Source: an uncultured Chloroflexia bacterium (GTDB lineage: Bacteria; Chloroflexota; Dehalococcoidia; Dehalococcoidales; RBG-16-60-22). Taken from it: a stretch of 64,000 nt of DNA. The position numbers and the translations under genes were made by a program. Below, one piece after another: positions 44,904-53,895 of this stretch (position 1 is the stretch's first letter; each line of letters opens with the position of its first letter). The notes under the pieces are model-generated. The model saw only the letters and a list, made by a program, of their open reading frames with translations, had not been told where the DNA came from and did no database searches. Location: positions 1,094,056 to 1,158,055 of the forward strand of contig CAVUAE010000001.1 in the NCBI GenBank assembly GCA_963739395.1, given 5' to 3'.

Positions 44904-45466
44904 CAGGTACCTCCGTTAGACTCCGCTTTTTTAATGATAGCCTTAAGTTGCTTGATGCCCTCCGGCTTCATTTTGTCTATTTTTATTGATACACGTTTAT
45001 GCAGGAATAAATTGATGGCTATGGGAAGCATTGTTAGTGCCTTAAATGGATTGGTGCGCAGGTAGTAGCTGACCATCATCCAAAGTTCGGATATTCGCCC
45101 GCCTCTAAGGATAAATCTATTAAAGCCCTTGTACATCCTCGGTGTGGTGGTGTGTTTATTAGTGATATTGCTGCGAGCGGAAAGACTTTCTAAAACATGC
45201 ATCAAACGGGTTATTTTGACATCTCTGGGGCAGCGTACGACACATAAATAGCAGGAAAGGCAGAGCCACATGCTATTGGCGGATAGTACTTTTTCCCGCA
45301 TGCCGGCCCGTGCCATAGCGATGAGGTGAGAAGGGGAATAATCCATCTTATAGGCATTAGGGCAGGAAGCTGTGCAGGTGCCGCACTGGATACATACTTT
45401 TATATCTTCCCCGCCTGGTATCGAGCATATTTCATCGATAAACGTAGCTTTTTTAGCTTCGGGCAT
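44900..45466 (-). CDS. hdrC: Heterodisulfide reductase subunit C (2x[4Fe-4S])
   Basis: CIQCGTCTASCP and CLSCYLCVVRCP. Confidence 0.9.
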   Translation of the reverse strand: MPEAKKATFIDEICSIPGGEDIKVCIQCGTCTASCPNAYKMDYSPSHLIAMARAGMREKVLSANSMWLCLSCYLCVVRCPRDVKITRLMHVLESLSARSNITNKHTTTPRMYKGFNRFILRGGRISELWMMVSYYLRTNPFKALTMLPIAINLFLHKRVSIKIDKMKPEGIKQLKAIIKKAESNGGTW

Positions 45467-45639
45467 TAAGTTCTCCCTGAAGAACGGTATATAAAAAGGT
45501 TTTCCTTATTGTTTCCCTATTATTAATTATAGTATAAAAGTGTCACAAGTTAAATAACAGGTAGAAAATACCTAATTTAAAGGCTTTTTGATATCCGGTA
45601 GGCAGAATCATAGCTATGAGCAAGCAACCATACGCAACG

Positions 45640-45668
45640 TTGACCGGAAAATATGCCGATGGTACAAT
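45640..45668 (+). promoter_or_regulatory. Sigma70-like promoter of the moaD-like/selenoprotein unit
   Basis: TTGACC (45640-45645) - 17 nt - TACAAT (45663-45668). Confidence 0.5.
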
Positions 45669-45694
45669 ATTTTCACCATCGAGGATATTAGGCT

Positions 45695-45976
45695 ATGTTT
45701 AAAGTCGTGATACCGATGTACGGTCTACGCCGCGAAATTACGGAAAAACGCGAGGTTGAAGTAGAACTGCGCGATGGGGCGACGATGTCGGAGGTAATCG
45801 CGGCGATGAAAAAGCAAATACCTTCCTTGGAAGGGCCGGTTATCCGCCGCGGTGAAAACCGCCTCGTCGAGCAGTACAAATTTAACGTCAATGGTAAATT
45901 TTACTTCGATGGTCAGGATTTCGAATTGCATAAGGGCGACCGCATTGCGTTACTGGTGCCTATGACCGGCGGATAA
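45695..45976 (+). CDS. MoaD/ThiS-family ubiquitin-like sulfur carrier
   Basis: 93 aa ending ...RIALLVPMTGG (C-terminal Gly-Gly). Confidence 0.8.
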   Translation: MFKVVIPMYGLRREITEKREVEVELRDGATMSEVIAAMKKQIPSLEGPVIRRGENRLVEQYKFNVNGKFYFDGQDFELHKGDRIALLVPMTGG

Positions 45977-46025
45977 ATTTCATCATTTAATAATTTAAGT
46001 TTAGTGTCTACTAAAGGAGTATATT

Positions 46026-47711
46026 ATGGCGGAAAATAAGTTAACCCCTACTTACGAAGTGCTAAGTCCCTGGGCGGAAGCCGACCCCATTCCACTAAAA
46101 GGTCTTTCACCACGACTGGATAAACTGGACGGCAAGAAAATCGGCTTACTATGTAATAATAAGCGCGCCGCCCCTCTTATTCTTGATGTGACGGAAGCGC
46201 TAATTAAAGAAAAATTCCCCACCGCCAAGATTAGTAAATTCTTCGCCCGTTCATTCTCCGTGTCCTCTCTAGAAAAGGACAGGGAAGGGGAGTTTGACGA
46301 CTGGCTCAAGGGAGTGGATGCGGTTATCGCCGCCGTGGGCGACTGAGGGGCATGTACCAAGTACCTTGTGTACGACGCAATTTATATCGAGGCTAAAGGC
46401 AAACCCACAGCAACCTATGTCTTCGAACATTTTCATAACGACGCCATGTCCGCGGCATCCAGTAAAGGCATGCCGGTAATTAGAGTTGTGCCGGAGAACA
46501 TCGTCTCCGAGTCCACCGTCGAAGAGGATATCGAAGCCGCCGTTAAAAAAGCATTTAGTAACGTCCTCGCTGTTTTAACCAAACCGTTGACCGACGAGGA
46601 AAAAGCGCCCAAGCGCCGCGAACCGGAGAATCCGCCACGCCTTATTTTCAAGGGCACCCTAGCGGAGATTAACAGGTTTTTCTACCAGCGAGGCTGGACA
46701 GATGGTCTCCCCATTATCCCTCCCACCGAAGAAGCTGTTGCCGAAATGATGACCGGCACCGACCTTCCCGCCGACCACCTGGTAGAAAAGCTGGAACCAC
46801 GCTTGGGCAAAGCCACGGTTGAGAAAATAGCTATAAATGCCGTTATGGCGGGCTGTCTGCCGACCTATATACCATTACTCATCGCTGGCGTACAGGCTTT
46901 AGCGTCAAACCCTGTCTGCGGTATGATGGCAGCCAGCACCGGCTCATTCTCGCCCTTCTGGTTTATTAATGGGCCTATCGCTAAAGATATCAACCTCCGT
47001 TCGACCTATGGCGCCGCCAGTCCGGGTGATATCGCAAATGCTTCCTTCGGGCGGGCGATGGGTTTAATAACAAAAAACATCCGCGGCATCCGCAAGCAAA
47101 TCGAGGATATGGGCGTCCTGGGTAATCCCGGCAAGTACTCCTTTGTAACAGCGGAAAACGAGGAAAACAGCCCCTGGGAGCCTTTTCATGTCGAGCGGGG
47201 CTTTAAGAAAGAAGACAGCACCCTTTCCCTGATGTTCCCGCAGTCTTACCAGCAGATGATGCCCTTCGGTACGGACGCTAAAGGCATACTGGCGACCGTA
47301 GTTGGAAGTCTTGTGCCGGCGCGTATGGGTGCTTTCGGTTTACTGCTAACCCCCACCAACGCCGGTTCACTGGCTAAAGATGGCTGGAGTAAGAAAAAGG
47401 TTAAAGAGTATATCATTAAAAACGCCGTCGTGCCCGAGGGTTATTATAAAAGGCTCGGTCTGGACGACAGCAAACCTTTCGACCGTGGTAATGTAGTGAT
47501 AACCGGCGCGGCAAATAAAGATGCTATTCTAGTGCCCAACCCACGCGACCCCGACCCCGTGCAGATTTTTGTTTACGGCGGCTTTGGCTCATGGATGGGC
47601 TTATTGCAGGGCGGTCCCCCACCGATTACTAAAAAGGTAGAGCTACCGAAGAACTGGGCGCAGCTCGTTAAAAAATACAAAAACGTCGTGCCTAATTACT
47701 TAAGATACTAA
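46026..47711 (+). CDS. Putative selenoprotein (UxxC motif): ORFs 46026-46346 and 46368-47711 joined through in-frame TGA 46344-46346
   Basis: The two ORFs share one frame, separated by TGA plus 7 sense codons. Readthrough gives ...VDAVIAAVGD-U-GACTKYLVYDAIYIE.... The downstream ORF has no RBS. A candidate hairpin lies at 46354-46373. Sec use is shown by fdhA in this window. Confidence 0.6.
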
Positions 47712-47760
47712 GTTTACAGCCTAAATACATAGCTAAAAAGAGAGGGAACGTCCCCCTTTT

Positions 47761-49026
47761 TCAGTGTTGGCTTTCTATCCAGGCTGTGATGTCATCGACT
47801 ACGGTCTTGGCGACATTGCCGGGCTGCTGATATTCCGAAGGGGTTGATTTACCAGTGCCGCTGATGAAAAGATGGTTGAGGTCGGGGTATGTTTTATAGG
47901 TGATATTTTTCTTCTCCTTTAGGCCGTCGACCCACGCGTTGAAGTCCTTCATAGTAACCTGATAATCTCTTTCTCCTTGAAGGATGAACATTGGCACGGC
48001 TAAACTCATAGCTGTAGCGATTACGTTATATTCCGCCAGGTCCTCCCAGTAAGCTTTACCCGCCCCCATAACAACCTCGCCTTCTCTGATATCCAGCTCT
48101 TTAATTTTTTTTACTTGTTGTTCGATGGCTTTAATCTGTACGGCTACGCTAGTGTTGGGTGTCCCGGCCAGAGAAGCCAGGTAGTTATATTGGTCCAAGA
48201 TAGCGTCGCCTAGATTTCTCGTAAGTCCGGCGAGGATAATTAAACCTTTAATCCGGCCGTCTTGAGAGGCGATTCTGGGGGCAAGCATGGCACCCAGACT
48301 GTGCCCCAGGACGTAGATACGCTGGGTATCGATCCCTTTGGTTTCAGCAAGCAGAGTAACACCAGCCAGTGCGTCGTCAATGGTCTCTTCTTGCACAGTC
48401 AGAGAATTGATAGTAGCGGCTGTTTCTTGAGGATATTGCTTGGTCCTTTTTTCATAACGGAGTACAGCGATGTTCCTGGAAGCCAAGCCCCAGGCAAGGT
48501 CCTTGAAGGGCTTATTAGCGCCCACAGTCTCATCCCTGTCATTGGGACCGGAGCCGTGCACCAGTACTATAGCCGAGAAGGGTCCTTCACCTTTAGGCAT
48601 GGATAACGTCGCTGGTAAAAGCCATTTACCAGTTCCGATAGTAACCTCGGTTTCGGTAAACAAGTCGGCATCAGCATACTCAGGAGGGCTGTAGTTTGGT
48701 GCAGCACTTGAGGGCCGGAAAAACAAACCGGCTATTTTCTTTTCGGCATTGTAGGTTAGCTGAATATCGAGCGCTGCTTTGCCAAATTTGCAGGTGACAA
48801 ATACCAGTGCAGAGTCATTCATTTGACTGGTTCTGGTACCGATAACATTCTCGAAAGTGCCTACTTGAGAAATTATGGCATTCCATATCTCTTGAAGCTT
48901 AGCAGGTGGTACTTGTTCTGACATGGTTTTGTCAAAGAATTCTACCGCCTTCTCGAATTGTTTTTTCACTACAAGGTTCACCCATTCTACAGCCTGTTGT
49001 TCCAGCTGGTTCAAATTATTCTTCAT
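47761..49026 (-). CDS. Alpha/beta hydrolase with N-terminal helical domain
   Basis: VLGHSLGA nucleophile elbow, HGSGPNDRDE, C-terminal DLNHLF. Confidence 0.8.
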   Translation of the reverse strand: MKNNLNQLEQQAVEWVNLVVKKQFEKAVEFFDKTMSEQVPPAKLQEIWNAIISQVGTFENVIGTRTSQMNDSALVFVTCKFGKAALDIQLTYNAEKKIAGLFFRPSSAAPNYSPPEYADADLFTETEVTIGTGKWLLPATLSMPKGEGPFSAIVLVHGSGPNDRDETVGANKPFKDLAWGLASRNIAVLRYEKRTKQYPQETAATINSLTVQEETIDDALAGVTLLAETKGIDTQRIYVLGHSLGAMLAPRIASQDGRIKGLIILAGLTRNLGDAILDQYNYLASLAGTPNTSVAVQIKAIEQQVKKIKELDIREGEVVMGAGKAYWEDLAEYNVIATAMSLAVPMFILQGERDYQVTMKDFNAWVDGLKEKKNITYKTYPDLNHLFISGTGKSTPSEYQQPGNVAKTVVDDITAWIESQH

Positions 49027-49253
49027 CTAATTCTCCCTTCCTGCGGTATATGGTTGACAACCCATTCTATTTTTAAAAAGTTTTAAGACAGCGAGGGATA
49101 ATTTTCTTTTTATTACAAATACTATCATAATATTCAAACCACATATATTCAAGCTGTTTTTAGAGTATCCGGTTTAACCACGTCCCAGCCGATAAGCCGG
49201 TTAGGCGGTACTAAGTCAACCGCCCCTTTTTATTTTGATTATAATGTTCAGTG

Positions 49254-49282
49254 TTGACAAAACATATTGAAAGTATTATAGT
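49254..49282 (+). promoter_or_regulatory. Promoter-operator copy 1, upstream of the GbsR-like regulator gene
   Basis: TTGACA-AAACATATTGAAAGTAT-TATAGT. Nearly identical to 50170-50198. Confidence 0.6.
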
Positions 49283-49311
49283 GTTCATTAGTAAGAATAT
49301 GGGAGGATATT

Positions 49312-49770
49312 ATGGATATTTCTAATGCCGAACGAAGTTTTATCGAAGAAGTTGGGGTGGTTTTCGAGCAGACTGGTCTACCGAGAATGGTCGGCAGGCT
49401 TTTCGGCTGGCTGCTTATTTCCGACCCTCCCTATCAATCCCCTGGCGAATTAGCCGAGGTATTACAAGCCAGCAAAGGCTCCATCAGCACTTCCGTCAGG
49501 TTAATGACACAGCTAGGCTTTATCGAACGGCATGTTATTCCCGGTTCGCGTCACGACCATTTTCGGTTACAAAAAGACGCTATTCAAAAAGTCATTAAAC
49601 ACGGCTTAGAACAAGAGATAACGATGTTCAAGGCACTCTCGGAACGCAGCCTTGAAATGATGAAAGATATACCAGCGAAAAGAAAAACCTGGCTTAAAGA
49701 AATGCAGAGTCGTTATACCTACCTGGAAAAAGCCTTCCCGGCTCTGTTAGAGAAATGCGATAGCGAGTGA
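49312..49770 (+). CDS. GbsR/MarR-family winged-helix transcription regulator
   Basis: GLPRMVGRLFGWLLISDPPYQSPGELAEVLQASKGSISTSVRLMTQLGFIER fits the GbsR-type wHTH pattern. Confidence 0.75.
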   Translation: MDISNAERSFIEEVGVVFEQTGLPRMVGRLFGWLLISDPPYQSPGELAEVLQASKGSISTSVRLMTQLGFIERHVIPGSRHDHFRLQKDAIQKVIKHGLEQEITMFKALSERSLEMMKDIPAKRKTWLKEMQSRYTYLEKAFPALLEKCDSE

Positions 49771-49804
49771 AACAGGTTTCACGTTTTTAGGTACCCCCGG
49801 ATTA

Positions 49805-50059
49805 TTAGTGATACTTGAGTTTTAAATATACCAGAAACAGCGCGCTGATAAGCGGTAGTATATTCATATAAAGTACATAATACTCTGGCTTTGTAATCCC
49901 ATATAAAATTAGAAAAAGCGATTGCGCCGAAACGAAATACAAAAACATCAAGGATAGGTCCGTCGTTTTTTTAGTGGTAAAGCTCCGGTAGGCTTGGGGG
50001 ATAAAGCGGACCGAAGTGAATATCCCGGCTATCACCCCGAAAATTGACGCCAAATCCAT
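49805..50059 (-). CDS. SemiSWEET / PQ-loop family transporter (3 TM)
   Basis: 84 aa, three TM helices, RFIPQAYRSFTTKKTTDLS PQ-loop motif. Confidence 0.8.
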   Translation of the reverse strand: MDLASIFGVIAGIFTSVRFIPQAYRSFTTKKTTDLSLMFLYFVSAQSLFLILYGITKPEYYVLYMNILPLISALFLVYLKLKYH

Positions 50060-50169
50060 ACTTACTCTCCTTGTTAATACTAGTGGTTTTATTCTTACTT
50101 GTAGTATAATCTCTCCTGCGTTAGGTATTCAACAAAACCTTTATAGCCAAATATTTAATCAGTATAGTA

Positions 50170-50198
50170 TTGACAAAACATACTAAAAGTATTATAAT
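50170..50198 (+). promoter_or_regulatory. Promoter-operator copy 2, upstream of the SPFH gene
   Basis: TTGACA-AAACATACTAAAAGTAT-TATAAT. The spacer contains the palindrome ATACT-AAA-AGTAT. Confidence 0.6.
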
Positions 50199-50230
50199 AT
50201 ATAAAAATAAAGAAAAAGGAGGATAAAAAA

Positions 50231-51094
50231 ATGTACTGGATTTATATCGTAATAGGTGTCATTCTTTTACTGCTTCTGCTCTCGTTAAGGACGGTCAGAC
50301 CCGTTAACCGCGGTCTGGTGGAAAGGTTTGGTAAATATAATAGGTTCGTGATGCCAGGCCTGCTCTTCCTTATTCCCTTCGGCATCGAAAGGCTCCTCAG
50401 GGTCAACATCACGGAAATGATGGTTGATGCCGGTGGGCAGGAAATTATAACCAGAGACAGTCTGAACGCCCAGGTGGATGCCCAAGTTTACTTTAAGGTA
50501 AAATCCGACGAAGAAAATGTGAAGGCTTCCGTGTACAATGTCTATAACTACAAGATTCAGATAGTAGCCCTAGCCAGAACCACCCTAAGGAACATAATTG
50601 GTACGATGAACCTGATGGAAGCCAATAGTGAGAGAGGCAAGATAAACAAATCCCTCTATGACCAACTCACTGTTGAGACTAAGAGTTGGGGAATTGAAAT
50701 CGTCAGAACGGAACTGAAGGAGATCAATCCTCCAGGAGGGGTGCAGGAGGCAATGAACAACGTTGTCGTTGCTAATAACCAGAAAATAGCAGCTGTTGAC
50801 TTTGCAACTGCTACTGAAACGAAGGCAGATGGTGAGAAGAGAGCCAAGATCAAGCAGGCTGAAGGGGAGAGGCAAACTCTTATCCTAAAGGCTGAAGGTG
50901 AGGCGCAGGCTATCAAGCTGGTTAACGAGGCAGCCAACAAGTACTTCATCGGCAACGCTCAAACGTTACGGAAACTAGAAGCGGTAGAAAAATCTTTAAC
51001 TACCAATTCCAAGGTAGTGCTGCCAGCTAGCCAAAGCCTGGTGAACGTCATTGGTGATTTAGCCGGTATAAGCAATAAAAAGACGGAAAAATAG
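50231..51094 (+). CDS. SPFH/Band-7 (stomatin-prohibitin-like) membrane protein
   Basis: N-terminal TM helix, then RTVRPVNRGLVERFGKY, an SPFH core, and a C-terminal coiled coil (AEGEAQAIKL). Confidence 0.88.
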   Translation: MYWIYIVIGVILLLLLLSLRTVRPVNRGLVERFGKYNRFVMPGLLFLIPFGIERLLRVNITEMMVDAGGQEIITRDSLNAQVDAQVYFKVKSDEENVKASVYNVYNYKIQIVALARTTLRNIIGTMNLMEANSERGKINKSLYDQLTVETKSWGIEIVRTELKEINPPGGVQEAMNNVVVANNQKIAAVDFATATETKADGEKRAKIKQAEGERQTLILKAEGEAQAIKLVNEAANKYFIGNAQTLRKLEAVEKSLTTNSKVVLPASQSLVNVIGDLAGISNKKTEK

Positions 51095-51117
51095 AACGAT
51101 ACAACGACAAGAGAAGT

Positions 51118-51146
51118 AGAGGGGGCGTTAAGTCCCCCTCTTTCGC
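51118..51146 (+). terminator. Terminator-like hairpin after the SPFH gene
   Basis: AGAGGGGG-cgttaagt-CCCCCTCT followed by TTCGCTT; the T-run is weak. Confidence 0.5.
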
Positions 51147-51166
51147 TTCATAAATTATTATAATAA

Positions 51167-52417
51167 TTAAGTTCGATTTAAAACTTGAAAGCCATTTCCT
51201 CGAGGAAGATAGTTTAATTCAAATGAACTTGGTAAAGGATTTTGAGCATTGTTATTCCTAATACAAAACAGTTGCCACCACAGTGTTTGATTCGAATCAT
51301 TGGGATTGATATTTTTCTTTTGAATTATTTGGTGCCATATAACAACGCCACTCACTAAGGGTGCGGATTTTAGAGCTTGAGCTATACTTTGACCGAGATT
51401 GAAAAACTGATTTAGACCGTAGAAATCGGGCGTGTATAAATAAATCACAGCAGGAGAGTTTTGTGTCAATTGTTTACGTGCATCATTAATAAGGTCATAT
51501 ATGGCATTAACATGATCAGGGGTTATTTCAAAATGTACGACAACAACTTTAGGATTTCGGTAATAAATTAAACCATTACGATTTTCCTTGTGACATTTAT
51601 GGCATATTCCTACATAAGTAGTTTGATTACCTACACCACAATTAATCATAAAATTCCTAATTGGCTCAGGAACATGTTCTTCTGGACCGAAAGGTTCGAA
51701 TGCGGTTGTTACTATATCTTTATCGTTAGGTAAGAGAATAGTTGTTTCAACTTCGAAGCTACCAATAGAACAAGAAAAAGCCTCACCTTTTAGTAATAAT
51801 GCCTCTATACTTCTCACAAGATTAGGGATGACAGTTTTATTTGGTATTTGTTTTGTTGATATATATATCCCGTAATTAGTAGTTGAGTGGTCTAATAAGG
51901 AACTAACAAGGGAAATTATTTCTGAACGCATATCATCAATCAGAATAAATTGTGGTGTTATAATGTTTCTTGCTTTACATTCGATATATGCAGGAAGTCC
52001 TCCAATAGATATTTCAAAGTCAGGCGTGGCTGATTTACCAGCTTTTAATGAAATAATGGGTTGTTTTAGTATATTTACGTAAGACCAAGCAACTGTTGCT
52101 TCTATTTCCGTAGCACAAAATTCCGCAATGGATTGTTTTGACCGTTTTATAAGTTGGTTAAAGAAGACATCATCGGTGATAACTTTTCCATCTGAACGAC
52201 GAGTCGGAAAATTAGATAATTCTCGCATAATCTTGGAGAAACTCAAAGCCCTTACTATATCTTGATTTACACTCGGATCTTTAGACGCATATAGAGCGCG
52301 TTTTAAGGGATGCATTTTTTCTTTGCAGTTATTGTTCCACTGTGGACCAAGCTGTACTTTCAGCCATTTTAAGAGAGTATTTACATCGGCATTTTCAGTA
52401 TCAATTAAGTAGTTCAT
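51167..52417 (-). CDS. AT-rich orphan protein with a PD-(D/E)xK nuclease-like motif
   Basis: 416 aa. E(x)n...TPDFEISIGGLPAYIECKARN fits the E...PD...ExK pattern. The rest is unrecognisable. Flanked by AT-rich non-coding DNA. Confidence 0.5.
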   Translation of the reverse strand: MNYLIDTENADVNTLLKWLKVQLGPQWNNNCKEKMHPLKRALYASKDPSVNQDIVRALSFSKIMRELSNFPTRRSDGKVITDDVFFNQLIKRSKQSIAEFCATEIEATVAWSYVNILKQPIISLKAGKSATPDFEISIGGLPAYIECKARNIITPQFILIDDMRSEIISLVSSLLDHSTTNYGIYISTKQIPNKTVIPNLVRSIEALLLKGEAFSCSIGSFEVETTILLPNDKDIVTTAFEPFGPEEHVPEPIRNFMINCGVGNQTTYVGICHKCHKENRNGLIYYRNPKVVVVHFEITPDHVNAIYDLINDARKQLTQNSPAVIYLYTPDFYGLNQFFNLGQSIAQALKSAPLVSGVVIWHQIIQKKNINPNDSNQTLWWQLFCIRNNNAQNPLPSSFELNYLPRGNGFQVLNRT

Positions 52418-52639
52418 TAATATCTATTTTATATGGTAAAAAATAAAAAATAAATATGATTTTCTCATCTTCCTTATGATTTTTTAGTAGTTAACTTAAA
52501 TAATTAAAATTTTCTCATCAGGGTAAAAACATTCTAGCAGTGTACTTCAGTGGGTGCAAGAGAAACGTTCTTATCACGAAAAGCTAGATTGGCTTGCGGT
52601 AAAAGTCGGTATAGTTTAAAATGTTAGCATAATTGAATA

Positions 52640-52740
52640 TTGCCACTAGGGGAGCTGAATGGCTGAGAGTTCCCCCGATGAAGTCGGGGGACTGACCCTT
52701 TGAACCTGAACTCGGTAATGCGAGCGTAGGGAAGTGAAAA
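52640..52740 (+). promoter_or_regulatory. TPP (THI-box) riboswitch aptamer
   Basis: CACTAGGGGAGC...GGCTGAGAG...ACCCTTTGAACCTGAACTCGGTAATGCGAGCGTAGGGAAGTG matches the conserved THI-box core. Confidence 0.88.
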
Positions 52741-52742
52741 CC

Positions 52743-52785
52743 AAAACCAGAAGTAGGTTCCCCTTAAGCTTCTGGTTTTAATATT
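52743..52785 (+). terminator. Riboswitch expression-platform terminator
   Basis: AAAACCAGAAG...CTTCTGGTTTT stem, then TAATATTTTT. RBS AGGAGG and ATG 52802 follow. Confidence 0.7.
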
Positions 52786-52801
52786 TTTAGGAGGCGCGAA
52801 T

Positions 52802-53863
52802 ATGGCTGACATGCCGGAAATAGGTAAAATATCCCCGGAAATTTTTAGCGAGTTAATTTATCCGCGGCTGGGCGCGAAAAGCAAAAACATCTTGGTGGGA
52901 CCGCAGCATGGCGTGGATGTAGGCATTGCGGAAATAGGGGGCAAGGCGGTATCATTCACCACCGACCCCGTTTTTATCGTGCCGGAATATGGTTGGGAGA
53001 GAGCCGCCTGGTTTGCTATCCATATCATTGCGTCGGACTCCGTTACCAGCGGGCTTAAGCCTAAGTTCTTAAGCATCGACCTTAACCTGCCGATGGAGAT
53101 GACGAAAAAACAGCTGGAGATAACTTGGGATATCATTCACCGCGAGTGTGAAAAAATGGGGATAGCGGTAATCACCGGTCATACCGCCCGCTATGAAGGT
53201 TGCCATTATCCGATGGTCGGGGGCGCTACTCTTATTGGCGTTGGTGAACTTGATGAATACGTTACCCCTAAATTCTGTAAAGCCGGCGACAAAATAATCA
53301 TTACCAAAGGTCCGGCCATCGAAGCGACTGGCATTTTTGCCGCGATGTTACCTGGTGTCATTACCGAAAAATATGGTACGGAGCTTAACCATAAAGCTCA
53401 ACAGGTCTTTTATAAAATGACCGTCGTCGAGGACGCCATAACCGCGGTCAGTGTTGGCGTTCGGGATAAGGGTGTTACTGCCATGCACGACGCTACCGAG
53501 TGTGGCATTTGGGGCGGATTATACGAAATCGCTCAAGCCTCGGGGTTAGGCGTGAGGGTGGAAAAAGAAAAAATCGTGGTTGAGGAATCAGTCGAAGAGG
53601 TTTGTCGTTTATTCGGCATCGACCCTTATGCCTCTATCAGCGAAGGTACATTGATAATTGCCTGCAAAGAACGTAAAGCTGCGTCGGTAATCGAAGCGCT
53701 GACGCAAAAGGGCATTAAATCATCAATCGTCGGCAAGCTGACGCAATCGGACAAAGGCATGGTGTTAGTAGAAAACGGTAAAGAAAAGAAGCTGGAACAC
53801 CCCATTGTTGACCCGTTCTGGCGGGCTTTCTACGGGGCGCTGGAGAAATATAAGACCACTTAA
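52802..53863 (+). CDS. PurM/HypE/ThiL-superfamily (AIR-synthase-related) protein under TPP control
   Basis: GVDVGIAEIGGKAVSFTTDPVFIVP and AVITGHTARY resemble the HypE/ThiL N-domain ATP-binding pattern. Sits directly behind the TPP riboswitch. Confidence 0.7.
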   Translation: MADMPEIGKISPEIFSELIYPRLGAKSKNILVGPQHGVDVGIAEIGGKAVSFTTDPVFIVPEYGWERAAWFAIHIIASDSVTSGLKPKFLSIDLNLPMEMTKKQLEITWDIIHRECEKMGIAVITGHTARYEGCHYPMVGGATLIGVGELDEYVTPKFCKAGDKIIITKGPAIEATGIFAAMLPGVITEKYGTELNHKAQQVFYKMTVVEDAITAVSVGVRDKGVTAMHDATECGIWGGLYEIAQASGLGVRVEKEKIVVEESVEEVCRLFGIDPYASISEGTLIIACKERKAASVIEALTQKGIKSSIVGKLTQSDKGMVLVENGKEKKLEHPIVDPFWRAFYGALEKYKTT

Positions 53864-53895
53864 TTAAGTTAAGCAATCCTATTTGTTCTACGTCT

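Noticed and set aside
52624-52812. 62-aa reverse-strand ORF
   Set aside because: It lies entirely on the antisense strand of the TPP riboswitch and its terminator. The RNA element explains the conservation-like structure.
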